From Asterias rubens (lineage: Eukaryota), in assembly GCF_902459465.1 (NCBI RefSeq), contig NC_047081.1, positions 186,001 through 250,000 on the forward strand: a stretch of DNA of 64,000 nt. Direction: 5' to 3'. A model generated the notes under the pieces. That model did not search any database. It saw only the letters and a list, made by a program, of their open reading frames with translations, and had not been told where the DNA came from. The position numbers and the translations under genes are program-made. This document shows, piece by piece, positions 12,663 through 25,755 of this stretch; positions within the stretch are counted from its first letter, which is position 1; each line of letters starts with the position of its first letter.

Positions 12663-13373
12663 GGCTAGGCGCTCATAGACCGACTAGTCTCATGTGCAGC
12701 CTTTAAAGGGACGTTATTATAATAAACTATGTTAATATTATTCCATGCAGCTCCCGCTCGCTCTGACGGAAAACCCGTGACTCATAATCAAAGATCGTAT
12801 AGTACGCGGCGCTATATTTTTGTCGTAGCCGGCATTTGGTGCACATTGAAACAGTGGAGTACGTCTAGGAAGTTACTTCATCCAAGTACAAAGTCCTGGT
12901 TTGCTTTCACTATCAACATAGAACAATAGTGTATATTATTGATCTGAGCTGAGTATGAACAGAGGTCAAGGGTTTTGGTGTACAAATGCTTTGGACGGAA
13001 GTGTGATTCTGAAGCTGTTGTTTTGAATTAACTACTGCGTGTTCAGTCTGCTGAAGGTGATTCCGGCGCATGCACAGTCGACGAGTGTCTCAATCTGCTC
13101 ATTCAATAATCACATTACTGGATTCACTGGTCGCGAACATAACGGAGTAAAATTTTAATTTGGGACTGGAGACTGGTGAGTATTTTACATTGAAAGCCAT
13201 GGCTTTTTGTGGTTTCAGTTGATATAAATATGTTTTAGGCCTGAGGTTTTTATGCGTTGAACCATGGTTAAACCATGGAGGGAGGAAATACATTGTTGAA
13301 CATCCATTGTGAAGATCTGATGACTTGAGTCAGAACGTCTAAAAAAATGGATTCTGACTCGAAATCCAACATG

Positions 13374-13736
13374 TTAAAGATGCTATGTCAGATTTGACCC
13401 AAACATTTGATTTAAAATTCAATATATTTTGATGGGGGTCGAGAAAGTTACAAGCTTTCATTTGAGCCATTGCTCGAAAAAGTCCGCCAATTATTAGTAG
13501 CAGTGAAATAAAGTGCTCAAAATAAGTTTTTGTCGGGATCCCGACAATATATCACGTGACCAATTATTATGTGTTTTATAAGAAACGTTTTAAATTTTTG
13601 TCATGGTTCCTGACCATTAAAAGTAAAAGTTAAACTTGTTTTCGATAGAGCGGGTGAAACTCTTTGAAATACCATTCACTCAAAAAAAATCAATTTTTTA
13701 ATGTTTGGGGCCAAAAATCTGACATAGCATCTTTAA
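13374..13736. mobile_element. TTAA-flanked MITE (Kolobok-like)
   Basis: TTAA|AGATGCTATGTCAGATTT ... AAATCTGACATAGCATCT|TTAA: perfect 18-bp TIR. Confidence 0.85.
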
Positions 13737-13919
13737 TTGTGTATAGTTATTTATTGCTACCAATTAAAATATTTCATCAAGGCCTACGGTCTCAATGTTT
13801 CATGTTTTAATTTTCTTTAATGGTGTCCGGTAAAGGCTCTTGCGTTGCACCCTTTTTTCAATAAGAACAAATCCTTTGTCTTACGAATTTTAAATAGGCC
13901 CGGTAGCAATTAATTCAAA

Positions 13920-16425
13920 ATGGCGCCACGAAACCACATCTACTCCGGGATGGGATTGGCCCCAGACGACGGGACTACGGAAGATGTAACCGAGACAGAC
14001 TCCGTTCAGACGGCCGAGCTGCTGGTAGACAAGCAGCCCGTTGAGGAAGACGTCCGGACAATAATAGTGTGGCGTAACGTCTTTATCATGGCCATGCTGC
14101 ACATTGCAGCCGTGTATGCCTTCTTTGCACTGACGTGGAAGTGTATGGCATACACTCTCCTATGGGGTAATGTATACTGATAATGATGAACACTTAATAA
14201 AAGGGAAAGTCTACGTTTGCTAATCACTCGTAAAATTAATTAGTTTTCAGTTCAAAAACTACAGCAGCTTTTTAATACAAACGCATTTTGAGAAACATTT
14301 CACTTTGAAGTAATGTGCTTATGTAAAAAGATATCACCTTTGTTATGCCCCTAAAATTGTATCTGAGAAGTGTTACTGTTAGTTACGTTTCTCAGATTGT
14401 TTATTTACATGGAGAATTATTCTTCATGCGTTGACATTTAACATATTGGATCAAGATTTCGGCAATATCTCAAAAACGCAACTTTTTGAAATTAATATTT
14501 CACAGGTTTTATTAACATTGTATGTAGCATTAAAACAGTCGACCGCTTAAAAAAAGCCAAAGGTATACCTTCCCTTGAATAATATAAACCCAGCATTAAG
14601 ATAATTAAACAGTAAAGACATTTGTAAAGCGCCTAATGCAAGCCTCTAAGGGCATAAAGAGAACAATAAAATATACAATGAGTGAAAGATACAATTACAA
14701 GTAAGCAGATTACTAAGCATCTTCAAACAATAAGTTTTAACAGAGGAGCAAACCCCTCCTTTATAGCAGTAAAGTGCACTATGGGCTATTTTTAATCTGC
14801 ATTACAGAATACGTCATGACAAGTTATAGTTAGGTGTCTTGCTCAAGGGCACAGTTGCCATGACATTATGGAATCATTATTCAATAATTTACTCCAGTAA
14901 TGTTGATACAAAACAACGTCTGGCATTTATAATAGTACTTTCATAATAACTTGTGCATATATATTAATGGTTAAAGTTAATTAATATCATTTATACAAAT
15001 TTATTGTTTTCAGCTATTTGGCTTTATCTGTGCTCCGGCATTGGCATAACAGCAGGGGCACATCGGCTGTGGGCTCATCGCACATACAAAGCAAAGCTCC
15101 CTCTACGGATACTCCTTGGAATGTTTAACTCCATAGCACTCCAGGTGAATAAGACATGAACAAATCCCACACCAAGGTTTACAAGAAAAACCCAAATATT
15201 GGTCTCATACATGACATTTAATGAGTGACACTTTTAAGTTTCACCTTAGAAAATTGAATAACATTGTTTGAAAGACAACTTCACCAAGCCACCAAAAGTT
15301 GTATGGTGTTCCATGCACGATCCCATACAAAAACACAGTTAAGCAACTCAAATTGCGCTCAATCAAATGCCCTAAAGGTAGTAGTCGGTTCATTCACAGA
15401 ATTATGAAAATTGACATCGGAAACACATTTTGTTTCAAAGCAAGCTGGGCTATGTAAAATATCGGTTACTGGGCAACTTGCAAACAGATTATTCTCTCTC
15501 GTCAAGAATCTTAGAAACTAGTTTGGACCTACAATTTAGTAACATCAACAAAAACGTGTCATTGAATATTATTTATTCATGCTGGTTTGCAGAATGACAT
15601 CTACGAGTGGTCACGTGACCACCGGGTTCACCACAAGTACTCGGAGACCGAGGCCGATCCACACAACGCCACAAGAGGGTTCTTCTTCGCTCACGTCGGC
15701 TGGCTCCTTTGCCGAAAACATCCTAAGGTGATCGAAAAAGGGTCTAGAATTGATCTTCGTGACCTCTTGGATGACCCAGTGGTGAAATACCAAAGAAAGT
15801 GAGTAGGAGTTACTTTTTGAATGTGTGTCAGTGCTAAACGATGAATGTTGCATTCCAATTCGTAATGTTGTTGTGGTGTTTTATGGCAGGTACAGCTGTA
15901 TTCCAATTCATAATGTTGTTGTGGTGTTTTGTGGCAGGTACTAGCTGTATTCCAATTCGTAATGTTGTTGTGGTGTTTTGTGGCAGGTTCTATCTCCCGT
16001 TGATTTTGTTCTTCTGTTTCATCTTACCGACCGCTGTACCGGTGATCTGCTGGGGAGAATCCATCTGGAATGCCTTTTACGTAGCTGGGCTGCTACGCTA
16101 CTGCTTCACTCTCAACTGTACTTGGATGGTAAACAGCGCAGCCCACATGTGGGGGAACAAGCCTTATGATCGCTTCATCAACCCCTCAGAGAACATCATG
16201 GTGTCTGCCTTCGCTGGAGGAGAGGGTTGGCACAACTACCATCATACCTTCCCATGGGACTACAAGACCAGTGAGTTCGGTTTGAAGATCAACCTCACTA
16301 CCATGTTCATAGATCTGATGGCAACCTTGGGCCAGGTCACAGAGCGGAAGACAGTGCCAGAGAAAACCATACTAGCCAGGATGCAGCGCACTGGCTCTTT
16401 GGGTGCGGGAGTGGGATGCGACTAA
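13920..16425 (+). CDS. SCD: Stearoyl-CoA (delta-9-type) desaturase paralog B, 4 coding exons, 340 aa
   Basis: Exons 13920-14166, 15014-15144, 15593-15798, 15987-16425 (247+131+206+439=1023 nt). All His boxes intact; same intron positions as paralog A. Confidence 0.96.
15845..15986 (+). repeat. 48-49 bp tandem repeat in SCD-B intron 3 (3 acceptor copies)
   Basis: TGGCAG|GT with the AG ending at 15889, 15937 and 15986; same unit as in SCD-A. Confidence 0.9.
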
Positions 16426-17222
16426 GTCCACAAACTTTGTCCTCTTTAATCTATGTATTGCTGTTTATAAAAAAGCAGTTGCATTTGGATTACTTTCATG
16501 TAAAATTAAAGAACATTATAAGTAATGCGTTGTCTAGTTAATATTTGACCGTATAAAAAATGCACAGTCTCCCGATTGCATAACGTGACGTCATGAAGAT
16601 GTTGCAAACTGCTTCAGTGGTGTCAATTACCAACAATTTGAGAGAACGAACAAGTTTGCCACACACACTCGAGACATTGCACAAAATGAGCAGTTATTGT
16701 AGATTTTTAAAGTTTTTTGAGAATATGGCCAGTAATTCGACAGGCAGAGCCAAAATTTACAATTCCGTATTAAAGAATTGCTGTATATAAGTCAGGAACT
16801 TCTTAAATGTGTCGGAACTTTCACATTCTGTTCTATTTTTCTGTTTAAATTCTGTCTGATAATTTTCAGCGTTCCGGCCGGAGCCATTGCTGAAGTCATC
16901 AATTTAGACACGGCATGTAAGAATGAAAGTCGTCGAAGAAAGTCACCATTTTGATTAAGTTAAATTGTGGCTAGTGGTAGCCTTTACAAATGGGGAAAAA
17001 AATGTATATAGGAGTGCATGTATCTTGTATTGTAAATATTGCTGTATCTGCTATAGCTTCACGCGCTATATTCTCGTAGCTCAAATCGCTATATTAATCA
17101 CGGGAACCTTTTTTTCTGTCAAACCACTTGAGTTGTTCAACACATCGACAATGTAAGTAAAACATGAACTCTTAAAGTAAAACATGCTGAATTGATTTCA
17201 CGTGCTCTTTTAATGTTTGGAG

Positions 17223-17685
17223 CCGGTGTCGCATGCAATTAGGTCCTCTATGCAATACTATTCAGAGGACATTATTGCATATGCAATAATGTCCTCCGGA
17301 CGGTTTGCATATGCAATCGTGTCCGCCCGGACGCTGCTACATAATGCAATTCTGTCCGCCCGGACACATTTGCCTATGCAGTTGTGTCCACCCCCGTGCA
17401 AAACCGTCCTTGAGTTAAATTAAATGCCCTTGGTCGACTGAACACGTTCGCCATTTTTTTTACAAGCTATCATAAAAATAATACGTGAATATTCATGCTG
17501 CATAAAGGCTACGTAGGTTCAGTGCAGGCACGCTCGCTTACGTTACGCGCGCACATACATACAGTCATGTACATGGGATGTCCACCGGACGGTTTTTGCA
17601 TAGTCGTGGACACGATTGCATATGCAAAAGTGTCCGATGAGGACAGTTTTGCATGGCGGACTCAATTGCATCTGACAACGGCCAA
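17223..17685. mobile_element. Non-autonomous TIR element with sub-terminal TGCATATGCAA/GTCC repeats
   Basis: CCGGTGTCGCATGCAATTAGGTCC at the left end is imperfectly inverted at the right end (GGACTCAATTGCATCTGACAACGG). Multiple TTGCATATGCAA units on both arms. No clear TSD. Confidence 0.6.
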
Positions 17686-17758
17686 TGTGTATACAGAGGG
17701 CGTGACCTAAATAAGTTGAGTTGCGAAATTCGTTGTTTTTTGTCTCTAGTGTCTCAAC

Positions 17759-18155
17759 TTAAAAGCACTATTGGTAATTGCTCAAAATATTTGTTAGCAT
17801 AAAAACTTACTTGTTAGCGATCAATGGAGATAAGTTGATTGTATAAAACATTGTGAGAAACGGCTCCCTCTGTAGTAACGTCGTTTTCGAGAAAAAAGTT
17901 ATTTCTCACTAAAATATTTGAACAGGATTTCGAAACCCTAGAATTTAATTTTGAGATCTCGAATTCAAGCATGCTGAAAGCACACAACTTCGTGTGACAA
18001 GGTTTTTCTTCCATTATTATCTCGCAACTTTGACGACCAATTGAGTTAATTTTTTTTCACAGGTTTGTTATTTTGTGCATAAATTATGTTTAGATACACC
18101 AAGTTACTGAGAAGACTGGTCTATGACAATTACCGAAGGTGTCCAGTGTCTTTAA
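17759..18155. mobile_element. TTAA-flanked dispersed MITE; partial second copy at ~25400-25576
   Basis: TTAA at both ends. The right half (AAAGCACACAA...GATACACCAAG...GAGAAGACTGGTCT...GACAATTACC...CTTTAA) recurs between the CYP genes. Confidence 0.7.
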
Positions 18156-19398
18156 ATGTACTTACTTGTTAGTTGTTTACACTTTTTGAGGAGATGTTTT
18201 GTTTTATGTAGCTGGACACGAAAGGAATAAGTCATGTGTTCAATTCGTGGTTGCATTGCAATGATTAAAACAAAGTGATCGGCGTATTATGTAATGTGTC
18301 ATTTGGATTATTCTGATTTGAGAAATAAAATTTAAAAAACTTCCAACTACGAGAAAGATCTGGACACAACGCACCCACCCCGGTTCAATGTACGTGTACT
18401 TGGCTTGCTATATCAATCATTACACTCCTAGTTTCGCCATCCAAGAGATGTCTCCCAAAAACCAATTTGTCAAAATTGTCTTTAAAACAACGTGGTAGGC
18501 CTTTTTTCATTTCAATCCAATGGGGTTCTTGCCCCGTACCTCGTACTTGAACCAACTAACTCTGCCCTACATTTGAAACAAAACAAATAACTGCTCAGTG
18601 GACCACCTATGATGAAGACAGACGACGACACCTTCTCACCATACCTATAAATTGTACCTCAAGTTCCGTTCCATTCAATCAATAATCACCATGATACTCT
18701 TGAACTTGGGAACATCTATTGTTAATTCACTGTTCCCATTGAGTGAAGTATTAGCATATGAATGCGTTGTATATAAAAATAGACTTGTGCAGGTCATTCA
18801 GATCAACCATTAGTAGTCGGGTTGAAAGAAGCATAGATAAGCCTGTGATATTGAACTTCGACCATGGCTCACAGCTCTGCCAATAATAACACTAGTCGTG
18901 GCTTTGCCTGTAAGCCAGGGCCTGTAAGCTAAAGCCATAACCTGTCACCGAGTCGATCTACACATTCCAAGCTGAACGCCGTCGACAAGCTGAACGCAAA
19001 ACGAGGAGCAGTAGACCCAAATCAAAATAATGGTCAGGCCCATCTTGGAAGGGGATACAAGAAACAAAATCACTTTCATAAACCAATCATTCACCAATGA
19101 AAAACATACTTTCCAACTTTAAGAATCATTGATCTCCAAGTTTTTAAAGGGTTTGTGCAGGGGGGGGGGGGGGTTATGGGTGCATTTTGAACGATTCTAA
19201 TCAGACCGTTTGAGGCCCGAAGATGGTTATTACAAAAAAGGAGGTTCGATACAATTGAAAAGATTATGATTTTACAGAATGTGTTATCGAATACTTTGAT
19301 CAGACCAAATTGAGTCCAAAGGTTTAGAGTCGCTTCCAAGTGCGTGACAAAACACAGAGGCCAAGGCTGATATTAAGTAAATATTCAACAAATCCAAA

Positions 19399-22300
19399 AT
19401 GGCTGCTTCTGGAGCCTCCCAACTCGGCCAAACAACAGCCTCCATTTTAATTGCGGTGTTTATTTTGGGTCTTTTTGCTTTCTATAAACGAACCAAGAGG
19501 CCGGCTGGCTTCCCGCCAGGGCCGAGTTCTCTGCCAATCTTTGGAAGCTTTCTGGGTAAATACTTAATTTACACATTTTGTAAAATGTATTTATTATTTA
19601 TAATAATTAATACTAATCTGCAGGGTGTTAGGCTGCCATGGTCTTGTTTTGTGGCATGTTTGAAATCGCAGTGAATCCGTAGTTGATAACATAATTTTAA
19701 CATAATGAGTAATGAAGCTGTCTTTTGCCCTTCTCCGATACTTTTTTTCTCATCATTGTAGTGTCCCAATAATTTAAATAAATAAAAGGAAAACTTGAAA
19801 GTAATAGCTCTGTGGTGGATGTCTATAATAACCGTCACAGTAACATGGTTTGTCAGAATAAAAGCCTATTGTTGTATGTCGACAATGATATTTGCAATTT
19901 TGTGTTGGCTCTTATTTTAGTTACGTTCCAACAAATGTTTAATTAGAATAAAAGAACTTCGATGACAACAATTTTGCGAAAGTGTTATTTGCCGAGAAAT
20001 TGATCAAACAAAACTTTCCTTCCAAAACAGGATTCGGTTTCAACAAATCCCCCCATCAACTCTTTAGAGAACTTCACAAGAAATATGGCGACATTTACTC
20101 ACTGAAGTTTGCGGGACAGAACACTGTGTTACTGAATAGCGCCGAGGTTGTAAAGGAAGCCTATGTGAAACACGCGGTAGAGTTTTCAGGACGAGGAAGG
20201 GCGTACGCTGGTATCAAATAGTTCTTATGGTTTTTATTATTCGGTTCATGTCAGCTTTAAGAAACATTACATAATTGGTTTTGCTCAGTGGCAGATAAGC
20301 ACTTTATGTAATCCACCATATACATAAACTGACAAACCTGGAAAAGTTTGAGATCGATCGGCCATCTGAGTCACGAGAAAAGAGGGAAAAAACGATTAGA
20401 TTTTGCATGACATCGATTTTAAAAGAAAACGAATAAAAAAGGCTCACTGAGCGATAAACTCCAAATAGGAAATTAGTTTTATGAATTTTTAATTAAAAAT
20501 TTGATTTTTAGACAGAAATATTTCAAGGGATGTTTTCTACTATCATCATCATTAGACCGGGTAAGTTTTATGCAGTGATAGACGTTTTCTTTAATTCTCT
20601 GTTACAATCTGTTCAAAGTAAGTTCTTAGATTGGAATGCAATTTATTGATAGTTTGTTTTACTTTGATTTAATACAGTTGGATTGCTCACTGAAGGATTC
20701 AAAGATATAATATTCTCAGATGGGCCACAATGGAAATACCAGCGCAAACTTGCTCACAGCGTGTTCAGGTAAACTTCAATCCTTTAAACAAAGTAGCCTG
20801 TTGTTCTTTGAAGTTTTAAATTCGAAAGCATTTTATTACGTTAGTCGGAAAGGAACACAAACAAGGAGGTTTTTCTGTTCATAATGTTACCTTGAAAACT
20901 CAAAAATACTTGATTTGCAAGCCCTGGGAACTAATTGGGAAAAGCTACCCCTGCGTCGCCGAAGTTTACGGAAAATGTCTTGTATGCAATCGTGGCGGCA
21001 GTATTTGACAATCACTTTCTTGGCAACGCGGTCATTTTGAAAGCGCCATTTTTCGTCACAGAGCATCATTTCTGCCATTACGCGGAGTACTCAGCCAAAA
21101 GAGAGGTATGATCTATACGGCACGCTGCCACGATAGCGAGGCTGGTCGCGCTGCCCATAGCGAGGCTGGAGCTGAAGCCAAATACACCCATTCTATAAAT
21201 CCATAACAGGGCATAGACGTGTTCTTCTAAATTCCAGACAATTCACACAACGTAAGCAGATGGAGAGGCTCGTCCATGATGTCACTCCTAAAATAGCCAG
21301 CGTACTTGATGCCTTTGGAGACAAACCATTCGCTCCAAAGTGGACAGTTTGCAAGATCGTGTATAACATTCTAGCCACATTTACCCTTGGGAAAAAGTAA
21401 GTATGTTCACTGATTTCTCTATTGGCCTATTACTAGGACACGCCCTCTAAACTGCATTTTTTTTTCTTAACCTCCGGAACTCTCAGATCCGTACGCAATG
21501 ATTTTTGATTCATCAACGACTTCACTTTGTTCTTTTGATACCTTATGACGTCATCATTAGGGCGCCCTCTGATGAGCTTAAGAGAAGGTTTGCTTCGGGC
21601 CCATAAAAGCACGTGCGAACATACGTTGTCACTGTTTCGTAGTCGTTTCACTTCAGGTGTGATGACGTCATTGCATAAGGTACACTGTTTGGATTTTGAT
21701 TCCATACGTCGTACATCAATCCTTGAATTTGTTTAGTAGGTGTTATTTGAAATAAGGAGTTTAATTTATTGCTATGCGTGCAAGGGCCAAGTCAAAGATT
21801 GCCACGACACGGTATAAAGGCATTGAAAGTCTCTGCTTAAAGCTAAACCAAATAAAATGCACTTTTATATTAAACAGGTACGAGTTAAACGATCCTGAGA
21901 TTATGACGTACATTGATCTACGGAATACAGTGATGTACCAAGTCGGCAATGGCCAACCGGCTGACTACCTTCCAATCTTAAAATACATACCCATACCTTC
22001 GGTACTTAAATTCAAGAGACTCCTGAAATCGTTCCATCGCTTCTTCTACGATGAGTTCAACAACCACCGCGAAAGATTCGACCCTGGTAAGTCAAGAAAA
22101 CACTAGACTTTACTCAAGTCCAAATCTAGTGAAAGTCCTTTTTATTTTCAGTCCCATCGCCTGACATCAGAAAACTCCCACAACCTATGGTCGGGACCAC
22201 AATAGCTTCATTTTGACGGCGAATATATAGGGACCTCTCACACGAGAACGGGAACTGAATCAAGTCTAAGAAAACACTTGCACTCAGCAATAACACAACA

Positions 22301-24293
22301 TGCCACACACCATTGGCCTACCAATATCGTTTCAAAGAATGAGAGTTGTCAACAAGATGTTTTGTTCCATTCTGCAGAAAACGTCGGTGACTTGTTTGAT
22401 TTGCTGATATTAAAACAAAGTGAAGAGAAAGAAGCTGGAGAGGAACAGGCAGGCAAGCTGACGGATACACACATTGTGCAAATCGTCATGGATCTGTTGA
22501 TTGGTACGGATAATGACGTCATTTTTTTAAAAACTGATTTTGGGTTGGCATAAGCGGGTCAGGGTATGGCTCGTGTGTAAAGCGCTTGTTGCCTCTCACT
22601 CACCACTGTGGCACTGGTTCTATTCCCAGCTACGGCCACAATGTGAGTAGAGTTGTGCGCTGGTTCTCTCACATGCCACAAAGGTTTTCTCCATGCCCTC
22701 CGATTTTCCTTCCTCCAAAAAAAAACACCTCAGACTATTTAGGGACTCTGGCTGATCTCGTTGGTTATGTGTCGACAGTGGCTGATTACCGAAGGCGTCT
22801 AGCTTCCTGCGGTTCGAACACCTGCTTAGCCTTGTCCTTCGTTAATTCGTGATCAAGGTTTTCAGCTGCAAAAGTTAGAGTGATTAGCGTCCCAAAAAGA
22901 TGAATAATCTTTTATTAATATGTTTCGTTCTTTAACAGCTGGGACTGACACAGCCATTCACACTTTACACTGGGCCATAGCAGCCATGACAGAACATCCA
23001 GAAATCCAGGAGAATGTTGCCATGGAGATAGATGAGGTTGTAGGTCGTGATAGGCTGCCCTCTATTGACGATAAAGGCACTTTGCCATACACTGAGGCTA
23101 CCATCTTGGAAGTATTCCGATTTGGTAGCGTGGTACCGATTGGTATACCTCATTCTGTAATGGCGGATACTTCATTGTGTGAGTACGTACAATAGGTATA
23201 CATGTATCACTATGAGTAGGGTACCTAGCCTCCATTACAATTACAAGTTGTGCACAAGACTTCGGGTATCTGACCATTTTGTCATCCAAGTCTAATTCTA
23301 AAACAAAAAAGCCCCATATCAATCGTCAGAACAAACAAATACATATTATTAAATATATATCTAAACAAAAGAACTAAATACCGATCCCGACAGTGACTGG
23401 CACTATCCACCTGTATTCGCTTACATGGATCCACCATGTGCGTATATACTTGACTTCATCTTTGCATTATTGTATATCGATGTGTTTGCAACATTTAAGA
23501 TTATACTATGTGCAATTTCAGGCGGATACAAGATTCCTAAAGGTACTTCAGTAATGATCAATCACCTCGCTTTGCATTACAATCCGACAGACTGGGCTGA
23601 ACCCAACAAGTTCAAACCGGGTAAGCACCAACAACACCAGGCACTACCTGCTCTGAGTCATGGTCGAAGTTCAATCAGTCTTATCTTTTGCTTCTACTTC
23701 TTTCAACCGTAAACCCGTTTACTATAGTATATCCACCAACCACTGCCACTGGTTGGTGAACTCGGATAAAGAATTAGACCCTTTTTTAAAGCTGTAAGCA
23801 GACGTTTTCTGTCTTTTACCAACTTGCGTGACTCAACCAGCCCTGTACATCCGCTGCAGGGCATATGATAGACAAAGTTGTAATGGACGTGACCTGTATA
23901 ACTGTTGTATAGGAATGATGAACATAGGTTTTACTGTTTACCAAATCTGTATTTCCCGCTTTTTTACAAATGCATTTGAATAATACAATTCATTATGTCA
24001 TATAGTGGGTATTATTTCTTGCAATGTCAGAGCATTTCTTGGAAGACAACGGAGAGCTTCTAACCAAACTACCAGAGAGTTTTCTGCCCTTTAGCTGTGG
24101 ACGTCGTTCATGCCTCGGTGAAGACTTCGCTAAGAAGGAGATCTTCCTACTCTTCACGTGGATGTTTAGCAGGTACACCTTCTATAAGGTACCAGGGAAG
24201 GAGTTGACGTCATTGCTTACGGCGACTTCCAACTCAGCGTTCAACCATCAGCCGAGTGATGAGTTACAGGTGTGCGTTAAGCGACGTTTTTAA
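19399..24293 (+). CDS. Cytochrome P450, clan 2, CYP17A1-like paralog 1, 9 exons, 507 aa
   Basis: Exons 19399-19555, 20031-20210, 20678-20768, 21238-21396, 21878-22086, 22378-22503, 22939-23178, 23522-23620, 24031-24293 (1524 nt). N-terminal TM anchor + PPGP, WKYQR, AGTDT, EVFR, PEHF, heme motif FSCGRRSCLG. Confidence 0.95.
20257..20610. mobile_element. Degenerate TTAA-type MITE in CYP-1 intron 2
   Basis: Begins TTTAAGAAACATTACATAATTGG and ends with a decayed inverse (...AATTCTCTGTTACAAT). Family assignment is by recognition only. Confidence 0.45.
22558..22750 (+). mobile_element. Degenerate tRNA-derived SINE in CYP-1 intron 6
   Basis: tRNA-like head with B-box-like GGTTCTATTCCC, followed by a GGTTTTCTCC...CTCCGATTTTCCTTCC core typical of V-SINE-like families and an A-rich tail. 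Confidence 0.5.
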
Positions 24294-25755
24294 AAGCCTG
24301 AACATCTCACGTCACACTTCGAGGGTCGTGAATAACGCCAGAGAGGGGTCTCTCGCCTAGGTCAATCCCCGCCCATCTTCACCTTTCACCTAGATTCATA
24401 TGCAGACGACCGAAAGTGCAGCTGCCAAACGTCACCTCGGACCAATCAAAACACAGATTGAGAAGGCTTACGTCACTGCAAGTTTATCTAGTGAAATCAC
24501 TGGTTCTGAAAAGCACTTGTCTTTTTATCCTTGCGGATAAAGACAGGGTATCACTCTACGTTTTAAAGTGGGTTTTTTTCGGGTTGAATTAAAGGGACAC
24601 GTTGCCATCTGATCAAATTAATGCTATCCAAAACGGGCTGAAGGGGTCGAATAGTCTGGCCCTTTAAATGATTATTGGAAACAGTATAGCTTACTGATGT
24701 TGCACACTGTGTGCCAGATGTTCACAGCTTTCTGATAAAATACAACAATTCACTTCGCATTTTTTAAATATTCAAGTTTTTTTTTTATTGTTACCACAAA
24801 AGCCCATTATGTTTATAACATTATTTTATGATGACTACTAAAAAAATCTATGAAAAAAAATAAATTTGTTTCTGCTTTATAAAGATTTTTATTAAATCAC
24901 AATATTATTATTCTCAGCAGTATTAATTGATTGGTTATATTGCATTACTAAACCCTGTGTTATCACTAATAGCAGCAACTAACTATTAGTAAAATTATGT
25001 CAATCGTAATAAATGCTTATCTAAAGAATTAATATGTATAAATTTTTCAATTGAAATAACATCCACTTCTTAAGGCCACACCATCATATACAATTCCAAA
25101 TTTAAGAATGTTATACATAATGTTAAATTTGATATATTGCCAATTTCTATATGCCACACCAACTTGATAAAAGAAAGCAAACAATTATATTTCTAATAAG
25201 CTAAATTTAAAATAAACCGACAATGATTTCATTAGGTAATTGTGTTTGTTCCTAACTGTCCTCATGCCTATCACTCTATGTGTGCCACCACTGTGTCCCG
25301 TCAACACTTTGTGACTGGTATCCTCCTCATTAATGCGTAGCCAGAAATTTGTTCCCTAATATTTTCTGCTAAAGCATCTCTACGTTTTTATTCCTTCCTG
25401 AAAGCACACAAATTCTTCTAACAAGGGTGTTTTTTGTTTCATCATTTTCTTGCAACTTTGATGACCGATTGATGAGCCCAAATTTTCACAGGCTTGTTAT
25501 TTTATGCTTTTGTTGGGATACACCAAGTGAGAAGACTGGTCTTCGACAATTACCAAACGTGTACCTTCCCTTTAAATGACTATACAAAAACAAATATTGA
25601 TCTTTGCATGTGTTTAGTATGCACTGGCAGTTTTGTACAAAAACAAACCATGATAAACATTGATAAATCACACTTGATATCTTTGTACCAGAACAGTACT
25701 TTTTAAGCACAGTATTTTAGAAAACCGAAATCACACCTCAGAATAACAGGTTACT

